Below the pieces are notes generated by a model that saw only the letters and a list, made by a program, of their open reading frames with translations, did no database searches and was not told the origin of the DNA. Below, piece after piece: positions 59,630 to 64,000 of a DNA stretch of 64,000 nucleotides. The stretch spans positions 1,550,001-1,614,000 of the forward strand of contig OZ218954.1 of NCBI GenBank assembly GCA_965112735.1, in the 5' to 3' direction. Source of the stretch: Phaeosaccion multiseriatum. Lineage: Eukaryota; Protista; Ochrophyta, other classes. Position 1 is the first letter of the stretch; every line of letters starts with the position of its first letter. A program made the position numbers and the translations under genes.

Positions 59630-59985
59630 TTTCTTCCTCCTCCTCCTGCTCCTCCTCCTCCTCCTCCTCCTCCTCCTCCTCCTCCTGCTCCTCCTGCTCC
59701 TCCTGCTCCTCCTCCTCCTCCTGCTCCTGCTCCTCCTCCTCCTCCTCCTCCTCCTCCTCCTCCTCCTCCTCCTCCTCCTCCTCCTCCTCCTCCTCCTCCT
59801 CCTCCTCCTCCTCCTCCTCCTCCTCCTCCTCCTCCTCCTCCTCCTCCTCCTCCTCCTCCTCCTCCTCCTCCTCCTCCTCCTCCTCCTCCTCCTCCTCCTC
59901 CTCCTCCTCCTCCTCCTCCTCCTCCTCCTCCTCCTCCTCCTCCTCCTCCTCCTCCTCCTCCTCATCCTCCTCCTCCTCCTCCTCC
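59630..59985. repeat. Long (CCT)n microsatellite at the duplication breakpoint
   Basis: Directly visible. Confidence 0.95.
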
Positions 59986-60080
59986 TTGGGATGAGATGGT
60001 CATTTAAGAGCCAGTCAAAGGGGTGGAAAGGGAGAGGAGGAGGAGCTTTTTTGGATCATTGACTTATTATTGTTGACTTG

Positions 60081-60122
<42 letters not shown>

Positions 60123-60703
60123 TGATACCTGTACTCATCCTCCTGCCGGAGGAGGGGGGGCGCTGGTCCAGGAAGGCGCTCTGGAGTTCTCCTAGGACTT
60201 ACTGATTGGTGACTTAGGAATTATGTGAGTAGGCTGAGAGGAGGCATTGGCCTCCGTCCACACACGATGCCAGCCAATGCGAAGCAAGGGTAGGAGGCAC
60301 TACTGCGCCTGATTCGTGACGTTTCCTCTCCAGTTGGGCAAGTAAGTCGCTTCTTCATCCCACCCAATCAGTCCTCCAGGCGCTGCACTGCTGCTTGCAT
60401 TCTATCGATCATCACCTGATGGAGCAGCCAGGCACAAGCACACACGACAGTATGGGAGTAAGATTCCAGTATTCGACGCTGCGAAATGCGTGACCATTCA
60501 TTTCCTGCCACTGGGAGCTTGCTCTGGTGTTGCTGTAACCCATTTGGCACTCTCCTAGAACATATTGAGCTGTTCATTGGACTCCTCTCTCACGCACCTT
60601 CTGCTCGTCAGCCATGACCATTATGCACCACATGAGGGCCAGCAGGCTCCCATCTGCTGTGCTAAGACTTGGCCCGCCTTCGCGACCCTCTGTCTGTTGC
60701 TGC

Positions 60704-62412
60704 TGTAAAGAGTCACGTTGCTCTCCACCTAGGATAGGAGTAGCCGCATGGACAAGGTAATAGCAACCCCAAAGCCAGCCTGGCAGCCAGCCTTGTCTCT
60801 ATTAGCTTTATCCGTGAGCCATCCTAAACGACCAACCTGCTGGGAGGTGAGTGAGAAACGGGCCACGCACCGTTTCTCACCGTATTTGCCTGGGCCTGGG
60901 CCATTGACATAATACTGACTTTCAACATCCCCGTCAGCCATCCCTGCACTTCTAACATCCCCCTGAACTAAACTATTGCGTGTCCCCACGCAACTCAAAG
61001 CGGGTTCGCCTACTAAAGCTCGACTTGTAGCAAAAGCCTCCATGTTGCTTCCAATAAAAACGGATGAGAAATATGCAAAACTCACCCAGGTGTGTGCGAC
61101 CGCTCCTCCAACACACACCCTCCTGTATTGGTGAGAAAACCCCACGACTCAAACTCACCCACACAGGCTCACGGATGAGAACATCCCATGACTCAAACTC
61201 ACCCGCGCAATTCTCTATCTCCACTCCTACTCGCCACCAGCGTTGCCAAAGCCTCGTTGCGCACCACTAATGCTGACTGCTCAAGTGTTTACTGGTGTGC
61301 CTACAAGGCACCCAGACAGTCCCTAAAGCAGCCTTGCGAGTATCCTTCTCTGTCTCCCGCCAAGCTCCGTGCAACAGCAACAGCCGCGCTGCTGCCACAC
61401 TCGAAAGCCGTGCCCGCTGTAAGGCACCGCTCTCGGCAATTCTCTATCTCCACGGCCCACCAAGCTCCAGCAGCAATTTCCGTGCAACAGCAACATCCGT
61501 GCTGCTGCCACACTCGAAAGCCATGCCCGCTGACTAAGGCACCACTCCCGGCAATTCTCTATCTCCACGGCCCATCAAGCTCCAGCAGCAATTTCCGTGC
61601 AACAGCAACATCCGTGCTGCTGCCACACTCGAAAGCCGTGCCCGCTGTAAGGCACCGCTCCCGGCAATTCTCTATCTCCACGGCCCACCAAGCTCCAGCA
61701 GCAATTTCCGTGTAACAGCAACATCCGTGCTGCTGCCACACTCGAAAGCCATGCCCGCTGTAAGGCACCGCTCCCGGCAATTCTCCATCTCCACTGCCCA
61801 CCAAGCTCCAGCAGCAATTTCCGTGTAACAGCAACATCCGTGCTGCTGCCACACTCGAAAGCCGTGCCCGCTGTAAGGCACCGCTCCCGGCAATTCTCTA
61901 TCTCCACGGCCCACCAAGCTCCAGCAGCAATTTCCGTGTAACAGCAACATCCGTGCTGCTGCCACACTCGAAAGCCATGCCCGCTGTAAGGCACCGCTCC
62001 CGGCAATTCTCCATCTCCACTGCCCACCAAGCTCCAGCAGCAATTTCCGTGTAACAGCAACATCCGTACTGCTGCCACACTCGAAAGCCATGCCCGCTGT
62101 AAGGCACCGCTCCCGGCAAACTCAAAGCTACCGAGCTGCTGCCTGAGCCTCTTGGCCAAGGTCAGCTGCCTTCGGGATTCTTTGGGGTTGTAAAGAGTCA
62201 CGTTGCTCTCCACCTAGGATAGGAGTAGCCGCATGGACAAGGTAATAGCAACCCCAAAGCCAGCCTGGCAGCCAGCCTTGTCTCTATTAGCTTTATCCGT
62301 GAGCCATCCTAAACGACCAACCTGCTGGGAGGTGAGTGAGAAACGGGCCACGCACCGTTTCTCACCGTATTTGCCTGGGCCTGGGCCATTGACATAATAC
62401 TGACTTTCAACA
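60704..62412 (-). mobile_element. Non-autonomous LTR retroelement (TRIM-like), 1709 bp
   Basis: Identical 224-bp LTRs at 60704-60927 and 62189-62412 with TGT...ACA ends. 4-bp TSD CTGC at 60700-60703 and 62413-62416. The flanks rejoin into an inverted paralogue of ~7730-7973 (empty site). Purine tract GACGGGGA precedes the minus-strand 3' LTR. Confidence 0.9.
61340..62120. repeat. 113-bp tandem array (~7 units) inside the LTR element
   Basis: GCAATTCTC recurs at 61436, 61551, 61664, 61777, 61890 and 62003; the array ends at GCAAA, 62116. Confidence 0.95.
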
Positions 62413-62842
62413 CTGCTGCCGCTTTGGGGGTTATTGCGGCTGCGTCTCTCGACGAATAGCATCCAGGTCCGTTTTCAGAGTACATGAGTGCCTCGGGTAC
62501 GGTGCCAAACCGCGTGGACAGAGCCTTGCGTGAGGGGGGGCTGAGCGTCGACGGGAATAGAGCGCTCTATCGCTCAAGGAGAGCTGGACGGGATAACGGG
62601 ACCGATCGGAGCTTCAAATTCCCCTTACTCTTAGCATCTCTAGCGCCATCATGAGGACATTAGGCCCCGTTTCCTTGGCTGGACAGGGTACTGGGCAAGG
62701 TGTCGCCCCTTCGAGCTTGTCTGCTCTTCATGTGGCTGTCTTTCAAGAAAGGCTGGTGAGGACCAATAGACAGCGCCGAAACTTCAGCTTAGAGTGCTTT
62801 CTATCCAAACCAACACCATTGTGATCCCTTGAGCAGGATAAG

Positions 62843-63327
62843 TTGCAGGACCTACTGGAGCGAAGCGGCGAGCTGGACATTGATGGCCGCGATACCTTCG
62901 GACAAACACCACTCTTCTTGGCCTGCTATAAGGTACAAGCTCCTCTACCTGTCTCTCCTCCTCATTCTTCCCTCTGCCCCCATCTGGATGTCAACTCGCT
63001 CGTTGGTACTTCTTCTGCTGCTGCTGCGCTTCTGCTCGTCTCGTGCTCTTTCTCCAGAGCTCCAAGGATATGGTGTCCCTGCTGGTGAAGCACGGCGCCT
63101 CCCTGTCGCTCAAGGACTGCAACGGAAACTCGCTGCTGCATGTGAGTTGTGGAGTCGGTGCTGTGGAGATGGTATCCCTGCTGCTCGATCTCTCTCAGCA
63201 GCGTGCGGGTGTCGGGGAGGGGAAAGAGCCCGTCGACTTGAGGGTCTTGCTGAGGGAAAAAAACAAGGAGGGAAAGACTGCGCTGGATGTCGCAAAGGTG
63301 GGTGAGAACGTCGAGAAGACTCGCTAA
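62843..63327 (+). pseudogene. Ankyrin-repeat gene fragment, copy 2
   Basis: Near-identical to 6200-6700. Confidence 0.65.
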
Positions 63328-64000
63328 GTCAAGCTGATGCTGCTGTGCTGCTGGTGCTACTGCGGTGATTTCCACCCTTTCAGAGGGGTGCAACTCGGGT
63401 TCGTGATTTCTTGCTGATGACTAGGGGGCAGTCGCGCGTAGAGGAACCGTGTGTGAAAGGGTGACAGGTGCTGAAGGAGATAGGCGAGGACAAGGAACGA
63501 GTTGCAGGGGCTCTCCGGTTGAGGTGACTTTCCCCAGCGGCTTGGGCTATGCTACGAGGGGGCGCCTCTGTAAGAATGCACCGAAGGTGCTACTTTAGAC
63601 GGATCCCTGTGGCTACCTACCTTGCTCCTCCTCCTCCTCCTCCTCCTCCTCCTCCTCCTCCTCGTCGTCGTGGTCGCTCCTCTCAATCACCCTCCGTTCT
63701 CTTACTCCACAGAACCACTGTCCGGCTTACAACAGGGCTTCTATGGTTGGTCTCATCGGAGACGCGTTAAGAGACTGGGTACGTCTCAGGGACAGCTTTC
63801 TTGATGGTGATGACGCGGTTCAAGGCGGACCCATTCGCCGCCTTACCATACCACTGTTCCCGTCGACGCTCAGTCGCCTCTTTCGCAAGGCTCTGTCCAC
63901 GATACTTGGCACCATACCCGAGGCGCTCATGGCCTAAGAGAAGCGCTCACTCCTGCCTTCTCTCCGCGCTCATCGTTCCCTGCCCTGCCCAGCCCCTTGC

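Noticed and set aside
61340-62120. Regular repeat array considered as CRISPR-like or coding
   Set aside because: The units are contiguous and near-identical with no unique spacers. The 113-bp period is not a multiple of 3, there are no cas genes, and the context is eukaryotic.

Overview
Eukaryotic nuclear DNA, GC-rich, with GT-AG introns and many microsatellites. Two proteins carry signal peptide + (A)SAF/AAF plastid presequences, which suggests a heterokont (ochrophyte) alga. The window has two zones. The centre (~24.9-45.5 kb) holds intron-rich host genes: peroxiredoxin Q, a small plastid protein, an ankyrin-RING protein, a TTL/ATP-grasp + JmjC fusion, a frameshifted CRAL-TRIO domain and Derlin. 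The flanks (1-24.8 kb and 45.6-64 kb) are a mosaic of transposon debris and ten intron-poor, mostly type II membrane glycan-modifying genes. The debris includes a KDZ transposase, MITEs, CRE-like LINE ends, a P-like footprint and a young LTR mini-element that appears to be self-priming. The glycan genes are STELLO-like x2, a sulfotransferase-GT34 fusion, an SGNH acyltransferase pseudogene, GT61, two divergent GT-like paralogues, a DUF616-like gene and GT90 x2. Several are recently duplicated or inactivated. The best candidate system is this transposon-associated, fast-turnover glycosylation island. Family assignments come from motif recognition by eye; no database search was run.
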